From NCBI GenBank assembly GCA_951406725.2, contig OX597821.1:66588001-66652000 (forward strand): a DNA stretch of 64,000 nt. The letters are read 5' to 3'. Position numbers and translations under genes: made by a program. Source of the stretch: Octopus vulgaris (lineage: Eukaryota). A model generated the notes under the pieces. That model did not search any database. It had not been told where the DNA came from and saw only the letters and a program-made list of their open reading frames with translations. Below are positions 40,783 through 55,432 of the stretch, in pieces; the stretch's first letter is position 1, and the number at the start of each line of letters is the position of its first letter.

Positions 40783-40828
<46 letters not shown>

Positions 40829-40878
40829 TAATAATAGTAATAATAATAATGATGATAATAATAATGATGTTAATAATG

Positions 40879-40960
<82 letters not shown>

Positions 40961-40972
40961 TAATAATAATAA
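40645..40972. repeat. (TAA)n microsatellite
   Basis: Directly visible. Confidence 0.97.
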
Positions 40973-40984
40973 AATCTAAAATCT

Positions 40985-41730
40985 GAAACAGAAGGATTTA
41001 TCATACCAGCTCTATATCAATGCCTACCTACAAGGAACTACCAGGCCAACATATTAAAGAACGGCAGTAGCCCAACATGTCGTGTATGTCAACAACAAAA
41101 TGAAACCATTGATCATGTTGTCTCCAAGTGCAGTCTTCTTGCGCTTACAGATTATCTCAACAGGCATGTTAGAGCTGCACAATATATTCACTGGGTAATT
41201 TGGAAAGGCCTGGACTTGCCCCATGATAAAAACTGGTGGGAACACAAACCACCTCCAGTGATTGAAAATGACCACGTCTCACTCCGTGGAACTTCACCAT
41301 TCAAACTGACAGAAAGATAGATGCAAATAGGCCAGACATCTTATTGAAAGACTTCAGACAAAAACCATGCCTCCTCATTGATATGAGTGTCCCAATCGAT
41401 ATAAACGTATCTGTCAAGACCTACCAAAAACTGAGCAAATATAAAGATCTTAAAATAGAACTTAGCAAAACGTGGAACCTAAAGACTAAAACAACACCTG
41501 TTGCCATAGGTGCCCTGGGAATGATAGCAAAAGGGGCTGATTGCTACCTAACTCAGATACCAGGAAACCCCGAAATGGCAGAAATTCAAAAGATAGTGCT
41601 CATGGGAACTGCTCATATCATACGCAAACTACTTTTCATGTAATCTCAAGTTTTAAAACAAACATAATTTTCGTATGGCTTTTTAGACATTCACTAGTAC
41701 AACACTAAGTACAAAACCAAATATATGGAC
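40985..41730 (+). mobile_element. R4/Dong-clade non-LTR retrotransposon 3' fragment
   Basis: CRVC..ETIDH..C knuckle, RH motif, WNFTIQTDRKIDANRPDI..LIDMSVP..KYKDL..PVAIGALG restriction-like endonuclease; stop at 41643. Confidence 0.9.
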
Positions 41731-42360
41731 CTCTGCGGAATTTGGAGTCAGAAAGTAAGGACGGATGAAATGCCGCTAAGCCTTTTTTCTGGCATGCTAC
41801 CAATTATGGCATCTCAGTTCTAAAGGCAATGATAATGGGTTCAAATTTTGAGTGATTGGGGGTGGAATTTCGAGGGAAGTAGTAAGCCCTACCAAGGAAA
41901 AATTAAAATTATAGAAGTGGTGATGACAATTCAAAACCGAACAAGAGATAGGAGAGGGCGGCCTTCCTTTCGGAAAGAAAAAGGGCAAAGCAACAAAGCT
42001 GAAAATGTAGGGATGCTGAAAGAGAGAAACGGTAAAGATTACCCCGAGTCGAGAACGGTAGAAAAGTAACTTACTAATTGTAAGAATTTGTGTTCCTCAA
42101 AGGTATGGCTTTTTGCTGGTTCTATATCATGATAAAAGATTTTCTACACTCTTTTCTTGTTTACGAATCACAGTTCCGTTATAAGTCTAATGCATGTCAG
42201 TTGAAACATCTATCTATAAATCAACAGAAACATACCTATTGAATCTAGCTTCAAACACGTGTCTCATTTGAGTTTCTAATTCATTTATTGCTTTAGAGTC
42301 TGCTACACGTGAGCCTACTTCACTATTACTTCATATACAAATAGAGGAATAATTATGTAC

Positions 42361-42432
<72 letters not shown>

Positions 42433-42660
42433 TACACACACACACACACACATATTCAGGTGCATACATTCACACGCACGCAGAAATATATAACTTTGAA
42501 ATATCTACGCCTGTGTGTATGTGGTGTGTGTGTACGTTTGTCCGTGCTTTTTCTATTTGCATGTGCGTATGTTTGTGTATGTAAGTGTATACGTGTTCGT
42601 ACATGTATGCCTGTGTCTGTGTGTTTACATGGGTACGTACATGCGTGAGAGTGTGTGTGT

Positions 42661-42692
<32 letters not shown>

Positions 42693-43399
42693 CTATTTTC
42701 CTAATCACTTTATCTGACTGTCCAGATCTCTCTATTTCCATCAATAGTTCCACTCATTCTCCTAGAACAAGTCTCAACAAGACTAGACATATGCCTTGCA
42801 CTGCACCGGATGCTTGCTTCCGGAAACATACTAATGTGACAATAATAAATATACAAATACATACATAAACCCATACGATAAAGATATAAACATAATTAGC
42901 CAATATTTTACCCACAATTCACAGCTGCAGTACATCTGTAGTTTGGGGAAAGTGGTGATGGCTACATCTATGTTAGTAACACCTTTCGCTTGTTATTTTT
43001 ATTGATTTTTCTCTGCATCATTTCCATTCCACAACGGATGTTTCCGCAGTGTTAATGTTTGTAATTATTTTTCATTTTTAATAGACAAGATAATGTGAAG
43101 GATTGAGCCGGATAAAATTGCTCAGCTGTAATTAAAATCGCACAGTTGATTATATAGGCATTTATTAGAAAACGTACACACGCACATATGTATGCACTGA
43201 TTGTGAACATTGATAGATGGACACCTGTTCATGAAGCATATTCACACACAGACACATACCCATCGCAGCAGACAGATATTCATATATATATATATATGTC
43301 TGTATGTGTATATGTGTAGCTCTCTTGTTAGCACCCGTAGGTTTATGTATATGTGAATTTTACATATTATCATAAAATAAAAATAAAATTACCATGGGA

Positions 43400-43682
43400 T
43401 TGAATTTAGAAAGTTCCCCTCCGAGGCGTAAGTCCGGGCAGTGTTCTTTTCATTTTTATGAAAGACCCATGCACACCAACCTCCCCTCTACGAGCCACCG
43501 ATTTTATTCAAAGGAAAGGCAAAATCCGATACAGCTTCGCACCAGTTACATCGTAACTCATTTCAACAACTGGGTGAATTGGAGCAACGTTAAATAAAGT
43601 ATCTTGTTCAAGAACACAACGGACAGCTCGGCCCAGGAATCGAACTCATTGCGAGCCCTAACGTTTGAGCCATGCGCCTTCA
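43400..43682 (-). mobile_element. SINE family C
   Basis: Minus-strand head GAAGGCGCATGGCTC...GAGTTCGATTCCTGG and GTGTTCTTGAACAAGATACTT, like the 50426 copy. Confidence 0.65.
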
Positions 43683-43950
43683 GACGTACAATCATACACA
43701 TATGAAAAACGAAAAAATTCAAACAGCAACTTGAAGGTACATATCCTCAATGTATTACGGTAGTTTATAAAATTTACACGTGCAAGTAAAAGGCTGACAG
43801 TCTAAGGAAGTCAGTCTATTGTGATGCCATTCCCTGTAAGTATACACACAAACATATACACTGAAACGAACCGAAAAAAGTTTAGAGAGGCCTGTATTTG
43901 AATAACTTTTCCTCCTTCAATAAGCGTCATCAACACAGCAGCTTTCTTAC

Positions 43951-43972
43951 CTCGTGTCCAGCAGATGAGAAT
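43951..43972 (-). CDS. Candidate 22-nt coding microexon (ILICWTR + 1 nt)
   Basis: TTCTACTCTTCTTTCGTATATGTCTAAG acceptor, GAG|GTAAGA donor; in phase 0 it continues the hydrophobic helix of the 56163-56277 exon. Confidence 0.4.
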
Positions 43973-44520
43973 CTTAGACATATACGAAAGAAGAGTAGAA
44001 TAACTCACTCTGAGGCCTAGGTAATTTGCAGAAATGAAACGAACATGAGGTAATGCAAATAACATAGAGAAGGCCACTGACATGTATTTTAACAACAAAC
44101 ATCATAAAACATAATTATAAGTAGATACACTACATAGATGTTAAGTGTTGCTGCTGATTTCTAACTCTATACTAGGCTTGATGTAGCAGATCGATAATGA
44201 AAGACGTTGTGGTATATTGGTCCTTTGTTTCTCTACACAGGGAATACGTTGTCCAACATGTCATTTCCGCATTTTTAAAATATGCACTTCGTTATGCAGC
44301 CATGTCGTTTCGGCTTCCTTAGACAAGTACCTTCTAATATTGCCGACAAATGCCTTCTGTGGGAATTTGGTTGAGAAAAACTGTGCGGAAGCTCAACATG
44401 TGTATGTATGTATGTATGTATGTATGTATGTATGTATGTATGTATGTATGTATGGATGTATGTATGTATGTATGTATATATATATATATGTATATATATA
44501 TAGTTTATACAGTACATATA

Positions 44521-45292
44521 TACGGTTGTCCCAAAAGTTCGTAAACACTTGCGAAAATTTGAATTTTTATGCAATTTTTAATTGTCTGTTTGGGTTTATA
44601 TTGTTATAAACCGAAGCACAAGCCAACAGACGAGTTCAAATTTGCCGTCAATTGCTCAGCAATCCATTGGACGACTGGTTTTGGAAGCGCATTGTGACTT
44701 CGGACGAGAAATGGGTCTATCTGGTCCAGCACAATCGAGACAAGCGATGGGTTCAGAAAGGGCAAGAGACACCGTCGGTTCCAAAACAAGATCGATTCGG
44801 CAAGAAAGTCATGTTGTGCGTTTGGTGGAATTTTGAAGGAATCGTGCGGGTCTACGAAATGTTGAAGCAAAAGTACCCGGCTCTGATCAACCGAAAGCGC
44901 GCTTTGATGCAGCAGGACAATGCCAAGCCACACACCGCCAGGAAGACCAAAGACAAGTTTGAAGAGATGGCCGGCGTTGAGGTTCTGCCACATCCACCCT
45001 ACAGTCCTGACTGTGCTCCATCAGATTACGGCCTTTTCCGCTCAATGCAACACTTTCTTAAGGGCCGCCGATTTGACTCGTTTAATGAAGTCGAGGAAGC
45101 GTGTCATATATTCTTTGATTCGAAACCGGCTGAATGGTACTTTGACCTGATTCGACAGCTTGCAGATCGATGGCAGAAAGTCTTGGAAAATAATGTCTTT
45201 ATTTTGAGGAATAATTTTTGTTGTCTTTGTTAGTACTTGGCGAGTAAAAATTCAATTTTCGCAAGTGTTTACGAACTTTTGGGACAACCTAA
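44521..45292 (+). mobile_element. Internally deleted mariner with long TIRs
   Basis: About 48-bp TIRs ..GGTTGTCCCAAAAGTTCGTAAACACTTGCGAAAATT, TA target duplication; catalytic domain VTSDEKWV / QQDNAKPH / PPYSPDCAPSDY; no HTH region. Confidence 0.93.
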
Positions 45293-45366
45293 TATTTCAG
45301 ATTTTCTGAATTATGCAACGTTCTATATATCAACATATGTGGGTGCATTTCTGTGTGCATAATGGT

Positions 45367-45405
<39 letters not shown>

Positions 45406-45676
45406 GTAAGTATGTATGTATATATGTATGTATATATATGTATACATATATATATATGCATATATGATATGTATATATATACATATATACATATATACAT
45501 ATGCATATATGATATATATATATGTGTATGTATATATATATATGTATACACATATATATATATGATATGTATATATATATATATATACATATATACATAT
45601 ATATGCATATATGATATATATATATATTTTAAGTGTGTTTATACGTGGGAATACTTTCACGTGAGCATAATCAGTG

Positions 45677-45720
<44 letters not shown>

Positions 45721-46210
45721 CACACACATATACACATACACATACAGATATGCACGCCCATGTAGATATATATGTTGATGCATACATAGATTCATTTAAA
45801 TTTATGTATGAACGTATGTATGTAGACTGTCTGTGCACGTACAATACTTTCTATTTACACATTTCAGTGCACACATGCTTGCTTATGCTTTGCAGTTGTG
45901 TATATCTGGGTTATGCAAGTGTGAGATTTTACTCACATGTGTGCGCCAATGCAAAAATATGGTGTGCGACTGTTTTATGTGTATTTGTGCATAGCGAGAA
46001 AATAAGGTGACGGAAGTGAGTTAATAACGGAAGTCAATTTACGCAACTTAGAGTTATTTGATAAGTATAACAAATGGCGCCAATATATTAACTGAGTCTC
46101 AGTAGTATCATGTTAATGGAAAATGTGTTTTAAATAAGAACTATTGAAAGAAGAAATTGAGTTAGCTAACCCCGATGCTGATCGGGGCCAGTCATATATA
46201 TATATGACTA

Positions 46211-46241
<31 letters not shown>

Positions 46242-46431
46242 CCAATGCGTGTGCGTACATATACATATTCGTGCATATATGTACATGCATATATAAATAC
46301 ATATATACATATATATACATATATATATATATATATACATATATATACATATACATATACATACACATACATACATATATATGTATGTATACATACATAC
46401 ATTGATACATATATATATATATATATATATA

Positions 46432-46655
46432 TGGCGGCTGAAGAAGGGGAATTTTCCTTGTGTCATTTGTCCTGTACTCTATTTTTTTGTTGTTTAAGAA
46501 AAATGTCCAGTTCCGTGGTTTTGTGTTTATGTTTTCGTTTCTCATTGTGTCCGAGGTTTTTTTGGTGTCCTGTACCCATATATGCGTGTATATATACATG
46601 TAGAGGTAGGTACGTACATATCTGTATGTATATATGCATATGTTTTATTTATTAA
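46432..46655 (+). mobile_element. 5'-truncated copy of the 18838-19440 cassette family
   Basis: CTGAAGAAGGGGAATTTTCCTTGTGT...GTAGGTACGTACATAT matches reverse complement of 18840-19065; between (TA)n tracts. Confidence 0.75.
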
Positions 46656-46806
46656 TTTATATATATATATATACTTGCATATTTATGTGTGTGTGTTTGT
46701 GTGTGTGATACATGATATTGATTGATACTAATGTTATTTTCAATAATTTTGGGTGTTTATCCACATACGTAGTCGTACATGCGTAGTTCCGTATACACGA
46801 TATATG

Positions 46807-46867
<61 letters not shown>

Positions 46868-47102
46868 TTAGTGTAAATAAATATATTAAACTTCAATTAT
46901 CCGCGCTATATTGCGACACCCCAAGATCGTATACCACTTCTTCGGGGAATGATCTCCTTTGCAGGATAGAGGACACCGTGATGGTGTCAGCCTATCTGGT
47001 GATTGATATTCGCCTGGGGCTAAATGCATCAGTAACACCCCCACCGCCCTGCCCTGTCCCTAGCCACATTCAAATGGCTAATGTCCCTTTTGTTATATAC
47101 AT

Positions 47103-47162
<60 letters not shown>

Positions 47163-47249
47163 GCATATATGTTTATGTTTGTGCGTGTGTGTGCGTGCGT
47201 GCGTGTATGTGTATGTATGTATATGCTTATATGCGTGTGTACCTGTTAC

Positions 47250-47590
47250 TGGATTCAGCTAAAGGGTTTGGGGCATGCTGGGGCCCAACCTTCCAGTGTG
47301 CTTGAATTAATTTTCTGCACTGTTTCTATTGAAGTAGCGCGCAGGAGAGAGCTGCTCATCTTTGAAACTCTTGTCGCGATTTGGGTCCATCTGTTATCTC
47401 AGGTAAAATGTGTCGCGACAATATTTGAAGACATCTACACGTCGCAAATCTCTGATGTTGTTTGGTAGAATGTTGAATAGCTGTGGACCGTTGAATTCCA
47501 AAATGTTACAGTACTGGGTCCTCGTTCTAGGTAGAGAAGACGGGAACTTAGATAGTATGTAGTGGTGACCACAGTTGGGGGCATTAATCT
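47250..47590 (-). mobile_element. CR1/L2-group LINE 3' fragment
   Basis: YCNILEFNGPQLFNILPNNIRDL..VDVFK and tail GGGCCCCAGCATG. Confidence 0.72.
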
Positions 47591-47964
47591 ACGCGCACAC
47601 ATCACACGCATACACACATACACACACACACACATACACACACACACTCACACGCGTATGTTTGTGTGCGCGTGTGTAGGATGTCTATAACATAATACAA
47701 TAAAATGTTCCCTTGATGATCGGTTGGAGTGAAACACCCAATTGCACGTTGAATATCGAACCGCAGAAGTTCCAAATGACGACACAAGGGTGAAACGTAC
47801 GTAGGGGACAAATGATATATACTTGTTTGTCGTTAGTTTTCTTTCATTCCCACATATATGTGTTTATGTATGTGGGTGTACGTGTGTTTGTACGCGCATG
47901 CACGCGCGCGCATGCATTTATATGTGCATATTCATGTATTTATGTATTTATATATGTATACTCT

Positions 47965-48179
47965 TCACTCTTTTACTCTTTTACTTGTTTCAATCATTTC
48001 AATCATGCTGGACCGCCTTTAGTCGAGCAAATCGACCCCAGGACTTATTATTTGGAAGACTAGTAGTTATTCTATCGATCTCTTATGGGGACGTAAACAC
48101 ACCAGCATCGGTTGTCAAGTAATGTTGGGGGGGGGGGGGACAAACACAGACACACAAACATATACACACACATACATAA

Positions 48180-48262
<83 letters not shown>

Positions 48263-48408
48263 CGACGGTCTTCTTCTAGTTTCCGTCTACCAAATCCACT
48301 CACAAGGTTTTGGTCGGCCCGAGGCTATAGTAGAAGGCACTTGCCATGCAGTGGGAATGAACCCGGAACAATGTGGCTGGTAAGCAAGCTACTTACCACA
48401 CAGCCAAT
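47965..48408 (-). mobile_element. SINE family A
   Basis: Reverse complement of family consensus. Confidence 0.88.
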
Positions 48409-48582
48409 CTCATGATGGGAATTGCATAATTACAATGCACTGTGATCACTCTTGCAATGAAGATACAAAACTCCTAGTATATTTGTTTAAAATGTAAAAT
48501 AATAAATAAAAGTTCTTTGTTTTTATGGAGACAGGACTTATTGTTATGTATATTTGAAAAAGGTTATTCACGCGTATCTTAA

Positions 48583-49331
48583 TCTTTTACTTGTTTCAGT
48601 CATTAGACTGCAGCCATGCTGGGGCACTACTTTGAATTTTTAGTCGTATGAATCGACCCCAGTACTTTTTGTTTAGGCTGTTACTTATTCTATCAGGTTT
48701 TTTTTGTTGCCGAACTGCTAGCTTACAGGGATGCAAACACACCAACACCGGTTGTCAAGTGTTGATGCGGGGGTGACAAACACAAAGGCACACACATAAT
48801 GATATGCATACAAGCAAAACCACCCCCGTCCAGTGGACGGTTTGTATATGTGGAGAGGGTTAACTTGAACGCTGTTATGGAAGTTTTAATCATCCGATGG
48901 ACAGACAGGCCATAAGGATTACAAAAATAGCGATTCTCACTTTGAAACTGACAATTTTCAAAATCTTTTTGATTACGGAACGCTCCGCTCTCGTATCCAT
49001 GTTTAAAATTAAGATTTCGGCACGATCGGATGAACAATACACGAATTATAAGCGCACAAAAAACAGACAGACAGAACAGGATTTATATATGAGATGAGAT
49101 AACGAGGGAGACCTCTACATGGTAGCCAAACCCGGTAGAAATAACAGCCAAATATTCCTCAAATCACACCATACTGTCTTATGTATGTATATATATGTAT
49201 GAGCCAATGAGAGATACCTCTATATGTGTGCATATGTATGTATTAACAATTCTTTGGCTTTTTGCATTTGACGACAGTTGCTTTAAGTTAGATAAGCGTA
49301 TTGAACCACCTGGGTATAGAGAGAAGGGGGC

Positions 49332-49362
<31 letters not shown>

Positions 49363-49810
49363 AAAGAAAGAAGAGAGACAGCATAGCGACGGTTTTGGCT
49401 GACTGTCATCCTGTTCTCCCCTTGTTGCCAGCGAAGTGGTATGCGCCGGTTGTCTTTTAATGAACAGCATGGCGGAAGAAATAGGATAAAAAGATTACAA
49501 AAATAGCGATTATCACTTTGAAACTGACAGTTTTCAAAATATTTTTAGATTACGGGATACTCCGCTTTCTTATATATCCATGTTTATAATTTCAGCTCGA
49601 TCGAATGAACAGTATTCGAGTTATAAGCGCACAAACAGACATACAGAACGTGATTTATATATTAGATGTATATAATATATACGACGGGCTTCTTTCAGTT
49701 TCCGTTTATCAAATCAGCTCACAAGGCTTTGGTCAGCTTGTGACTATAGTAGAAGACATCTTCCCAAGTTGCTACGCAGTAGGACTGAACCTGGAACGAT
49801 GTGATTGAGA
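48583..49810 (-). mobile_element. SINE family A interrupted by Helitron copies
   Basis: Tail 48583-48800 and head/body 49675-49810 flank the insertions. Confidence 0.7.
48811..49094 (-). mobile_element. Non-autonomous Helitron
   Basis: Minus strand A|TC start, (TCTG)n, terminal hairpin CCGTCCA/TGGACGG and CTTG|T end; related partial copy at 49490-49666. Confidence 0.78.
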
Positions 49811-50425
49811 AAAGTATTATATAGGGCCTCGTTGACTTACCAGCTTAGTTTGACAAAGCACAGACAAACTTGTAACGGAGAATGAAAACAACTCCATTAT
49901 CAAAATCTATAGACCTATTACATTTATTTAAAATGTATAATCTGAATATAGAATCATTTAGTCTCCAAAACCATTCAGAGTTTAACAGCTAACACTAATT
50001 TGCCGTCAGGTAGAAAAAGAAAATGGAGTCTGAAGATTTTGTGCGTATAGAAACCTTGTTATACTATGGTTTCATCAACAACAGTCTTTTAATTTGTTCG
50101 TAAGTAAGGATTGCTTCTAGCGCTGCATTTGAAAATTGTAACAGCTCTCCTGGTTGATACCATTGAACATCTTACAAAGACCTTGTCAGCCATATTTACG
50201 CTTGTAGATACAAATATAACTGTTGTCTTTGGTGCTATAAATATCGTAAAGGCGTTATTCGAAGGAAATAATTTATCTTGGTTCCTGTTCGTTTTGATGC
50301 TAAATACATTGTCAGTTTTGTACAATTTAAAAATAGTATCTGTTAACGACAATATACTTCTTGACAATGTTCGAGTCTATAGGGAATATATATATATGAA
50401 ATTCTGTGAAATATATAGGTTTAAT

Positions 50426-50730
50426 GAAGGTGAACGGCTCAGTGGTTAGAGTGTCGGGCTCACAATCATGAGGTTGTGAGTTTGAATCCCGGACCGAGGT
50501 GTGTGTTGTGTTCTTGAGCAAGACATTTCACTTCACTTCGCTGCATTTCTCTCAAACGTAGAAATGAGCTGTGACCTCACTGGTGCCAAGCTGTATTGGC
50601 ATACAGTAGCGTGAAGAGGGTGGCTATGCATGGGCGTCAGCTGGTCTTCTATAAACAACCCTGACCGGATTTGTACTTCGGAGGGGAACTTCCTAGTTGC
50701 AATCCTATTACCAATCATGACCGAAGGGAG
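50426..50730 (+). mobile_element. SINE family C
   Basis: tRNA-like head GGCTCAGTGGTTAGAGTGTCGG...GAGTTTGAATCCC then GTGTTCTTGAGCAAGACA. Confidence 0.75.
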
Positions 50731-50990
50731 TCTTTACACTGTAGGTTTAATAAAATCGTCAGCCGTTTCAGATATGGAATCTATGCAAAAGAAATCTTCG
50801 TGCATGTTACTTAAACATGAGAAACCATTTTTTCCAAATGAAAAACATTAACAGCAACGTTTTCTCTGTCCACCACTTCGTATTGAAGAAAATATATATG
50901 ATAAAATTTAGCAGTGAAAAAAATATATAGAAATGCCAAAGCGTTCTAAGAATTTGCCAATTAGATCATTCATTTTGCAACAAAACTCTA

Positions 50991-51211
50991 CGAGGTAGTG
51001 TTGAAAAGTTTGTAGCTTTGAGGGTCTCGCGAAAGGCCTGGTTAGAGATCCAACCTTTCGAGGTTTTTTTTTTACAGGGCTTGGAAAATCTGAAGGATCG
51101 TTCCAATAAGTGGGTGAAACTGAGAGAGGGATATGTTGGATAAAATCATAATTAACTCATCCTTCTGTATTTTTTTTTATCCAAAGCCGAGAAATTTTCA
51201 GGATCACATCG
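50991..51211 (+). mobile_element. Mariner-derived miniature element
   Basis: Degenerate TIRs TA|CGAGG...CATCG|TA; retains C-terminal GLENLKDRSNKWVKLREGYVG*. Confidence 0.6.
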
Positions 51212-51327
51212 TATTCAACATTTTAGTAGTGATGCTAATATTATAAGCGTCAGAACTTGCGATGTTTGATTTGATTATGGACGAAATCTGCTCTATTGAT
51301 GCAAAACCTTACAAGAACCTAACATGT

Positions 51328-51559
51328 TCTTTTACTTGTTTTAGTCATTTGACTGCGGTCATGCTGGAGCACCGCCTTTATCGAGCAAATCGACCCCAGG
51401 ACTTATTCTTTGTAAGCCTAGTACTTATTCTATCGGTCCCTTTTGCCGAACCGCTAAGTTACGAGGACGTAAACACACCAACATCGGTTATCAAGCGATG
51501 TTGGGTGGGTGGGGCAAACACAGACACACAAACACACACACACAGACACACACACATAG

Positions 51560-51620
<61 letters not shown>

Positions 51621-51768
51621 CGATGGGCGTCTTTCATTTTCCGTCTACCAAATCCACTCACAAGGCTTTGGTCTGCCCGAGGCTATAGCAGAAGACACTT
51701 GTCCAAGGTTCCATGGAACCATGTGGTTGGTAAGCAAGCTACTTACCACACAGCCACTACTGCGCCTA
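51328..51768 (-). mobile_element. SINE family A with (CA)n centre
   Basis: Reverse complement of family consensus. Confidence 0.9.
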
Positions 51769-52356
51769 TTGGGATCTTCCATTAAAATATTGATACTAGT
51801 ACACTCTATGGAAGAAGAAAGAAAAATGAAAATGATCAATCCAGACAGACTTGGAGTGGCATACTGTATCACGAAGATTCTGTTAAAAAATTCCAAAAAC
51901 AGATACACCAACAAAGAGATCGAAACTGTGAAGAAATATATTTTAGTTGTCTTACTGAAAACAAATTATATTTACAATGGTGTTCCCATTCGGCCCTATA
52001 AAAATTTGAAAAATGAAACGCACCAAAAGTCTTGAGAAGTATCATACACCAATTAATTTCAACGTTTTCCAGAAATACAGCGACTGATCCTAGAATCCTT
52101 AGAAATATATATTCGTTTAAACCCATTCAACGGTTGCCACAGGCGCAAATTATTGTGCAAGAATTTCAAAGCTTGCATAACGAGCGTTACTTTCAACGAT
52201 CACGCAAGCAGTGATCGTAATTGTATGACACCAAGAACATTTTGTCATTTCTGTTGAATCCGCAGATGCATACGATCAAGTAAAACGATCGACTGGATAA
52301 ACTAGGACCCGAATCTTAAGCTCCCTCGCCCCCATATATATATATATATATATATA

Positions 52357-52578
52357 ACCAACCTTTTTAAAATGTAACCTCGTGTGTACCGTTGGCGATT
52401 TTTTTTTCCTCTGTCTTCCCTTCTCTGGATCTTTCCTTCACCTATGTTTCCGACGAACTGCTCCACTCGAAACGTTAAACCCTCCTTCTTTCCTTCCTTC
52501 TTTCCTGAGCGTCCAATAATACTATATTTGTTCCACGTCCTCGCGTTGTTTTTTTGTGCTTTATTGTTTGGATTAACT
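52357..52578 (+). mobile_element. PLE pseudo-LTR-like cassette with degenerate hammerhead (52446-52480)
   Basis: GUUU-CCGACGA-...CUC-GAAA-CG-UU-AAAC; (TA)n on both sides. Confidence 0.65.
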
Positions 52579-52718
52579 ATATATATATATATATATATAT
52601 ATTAAGGTATGTAGAAAAATACAACATGGACAAGAACGTATAACTCTTAGAAGACGACACAATAAACACGGACAGGACATTCGAAACCCTCATCTTCATC
52701 ATATAGTAATTTCGGCAT

Positions 52719-52749
<31 letters not shown>

Positions 52750-53421
52750 TTGTATATATATATATATATATATACATACACGTGTCGTTATTCTACCAAA
52801 TATATGTTTATTATTATTATTTTGTACATTACTTAATCATCGGTATATTATTTTATTAACTTCTATTTAATATTTCTAATAATTATATATATATATATAT
52901 ATATATACATGCATACACACACACAGATGTATGTATGAAATACTCAACGCCATAAACACTAATTCTGTGAATATGGGGTTTAGTTGATCAAACAGCTGAA
53001 TGCTCCTAGTCAAATCTGACGGAGGTATATTGAATTGCTAGGTATATAGGTACGTTCTAGCGTATCTGTGTTGATGTATTTGTAAATATGATTGTTACTG
53101 AGTAGTAAAAATACCTTCATTCATGAAAGTTTTCTAATAAGACAAATCGCGTGAGAGCTGGATATAACGTCTTGCAGGTTTCGCTTCGCCTCAGTGCTTT
53201 CTGTGTTCAAATGTGGCAATGGTCAATTTTGCCATTCATTTTTTTTAAATGTCAAAAAACTACATCTGTATGTCCTTCTCTCCCTCTATCTACCCACCCA
53301 CCTCCCTACTTACTATACCTACCTACCTACCTACCTACCTACCTACCTACCTACCTACCTACCTACCTATCTACTTACCCACCTACCTACATACATACCT
53401 ACCTACCTATCTATCTATCTA

Positions 53422-53505
<84 letters not shown>

Positions 53506-54733
53506 CATCCATCCATCTATCTATCTATCTATCTATCTATCCATCTACCTTCCTACCTACCTACCTACCTACATATCTATCTAACTACCTATCTATCTAA
53601 CAATACATGCATACACACGCATAGTTATATATGTATATAGTCATATATACATAGTTACATGAATAAATGTATATATTCAAATACATACATGCATATACAG
53701 GTATACACATATACGTTTACCTATATATACATATTTGCATATATACACACATAGATACATATATAGATACATACATACATGCGGGGTTACTGATGAGAAT
53801 TTCACCTAGCAAATTCTTTTATTTGCTAAAAAATTCGAAACCTAGGTATAACCGTAAAAAAAATATAACAAGGTATTTTTTTTTTATTTTTCATTCCCTT
53901 CGAAATTGCTCTTAAATGTGGTTTTGGTCGTTTTGACTGCTTCTTCTAGCATGAAAATTACCTGTAAAAGGTAGCTTATCTTGTGTTTAAATGTACACTA
54001 TTTTATACATGCATACTGATGTAGAGAGGGAGAGAGTGAGAACGCTTATAAATATCAATCTAAACGTTATCTGAAAGATGGCGTCTCTGGCCCTTTCTGT
54101 GATATTTCTGTTCCCAATGACCTTGATCATGACAGTAAATAGTATTTCTTTATTATTCTTAACAATTAAAGCGTCAGACTAACGCGATAAGAAAAATACA
54201 TCCAGCATGATATACCTAGAAGCCAGCAGCTACAACAAACGATAATCATAAGACGATACCTTTCGAGCCTACATTGTTTGAATGACTTAGTGTGACCAGC
54301 CAGCAAGATTACAATTGAAGTGGAGGGGGGGGGGAACGACTTTGTATTAGGCAGCCATATTAGATATCATTAGAAGTGCTATATAACAAGACATTCAAAA
54401 TGTTTATAAATAAGCCTTGACACGACATGACTAGACACCGTAAACATTTCACACTAACAATATCAATAACAACAAGTATAACAATAATAAGGACAATATA
54501 AACGACGTCAGCAACTACAAAAACAGCATCTTGAGTATAACAACAACACGAACATCAGCATTCACAATAGGTACTATAACCATAATTATACCTCATTGAA
54601 ATCGGCTCTCATGACATACAAGACATCCAAACTAAGGTCGTTAGCAAGATACGTAAGCTTGTCTTTACTTTTTCGTTTATCGTTGTTTTCTTTCTGATAC
54701 ATACATACATACATACATACATACATACATACA

Positions 54734-54794
<61 letters not shown>

Positions 54795-55432
54795 TTCCTA
54801 AGAAACACATAACTTTATTCTCATATATATGTGTGTGTTTGCGTGTGTATGTATGTATATATAATATATTTGTTTATATATCTATATGCATATGTATATA
54901 TATATATATATATATATATTCATACACACATATATATGTATTACTTATGTATATATGTATATTTAATGTATTTACAAACACACTGTATTCTCATTAGTTA
55001 TACACACACAAAAGTTTCTTCTGAATTATGTACACACAGGTTTTTCTAAGGTGTACAAAGAGAACTTTCTCTTAAGATATGCAGATATAGCGTTAATCTC
55101 AGAAGCGTGTGAGCACACACACTCAAGCACACTAACACATACCTGCAAAGCTTTCTCCTTTGATGTATACACACATAAATGTTTCCTCTAGAAACAGCTT
55201 ACTCCTGAGAAATATAAGCAACTATGAGGTTTCGGGTTCGAGATTAGGACGGAATCTTGGAAGGTCGTCGTAATTTTTCTATAGTTTCAAGTCGATCAAA
55301 GCAATATAAACGAAATTGAGTTGATGGAAAATGTGTAGATGTCTGTCTTATAGATTGTACTTGTAATACAACGTCCCAACCTGCCGCAATCCCGTCGATT
55401 CGTGATTCGTGCCGAGAAATACTTTAAATATA

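Noticed and set aside
50089-50449. Overlapping 92- and 112-aa ORFs in non-repetitive sequence
   Set aside because: No motif or exon boundaries found; compatible with chance
53950-53975. Minus-strand TTTTACAG|GTAATT possible recursive splice site
   Set aside because: Short pyrimidine tract, and it lies in a dispersed GCTAGAAATAGCAGCCAAA-type repeat also seen near 12760, 16590, 35350 and 49140
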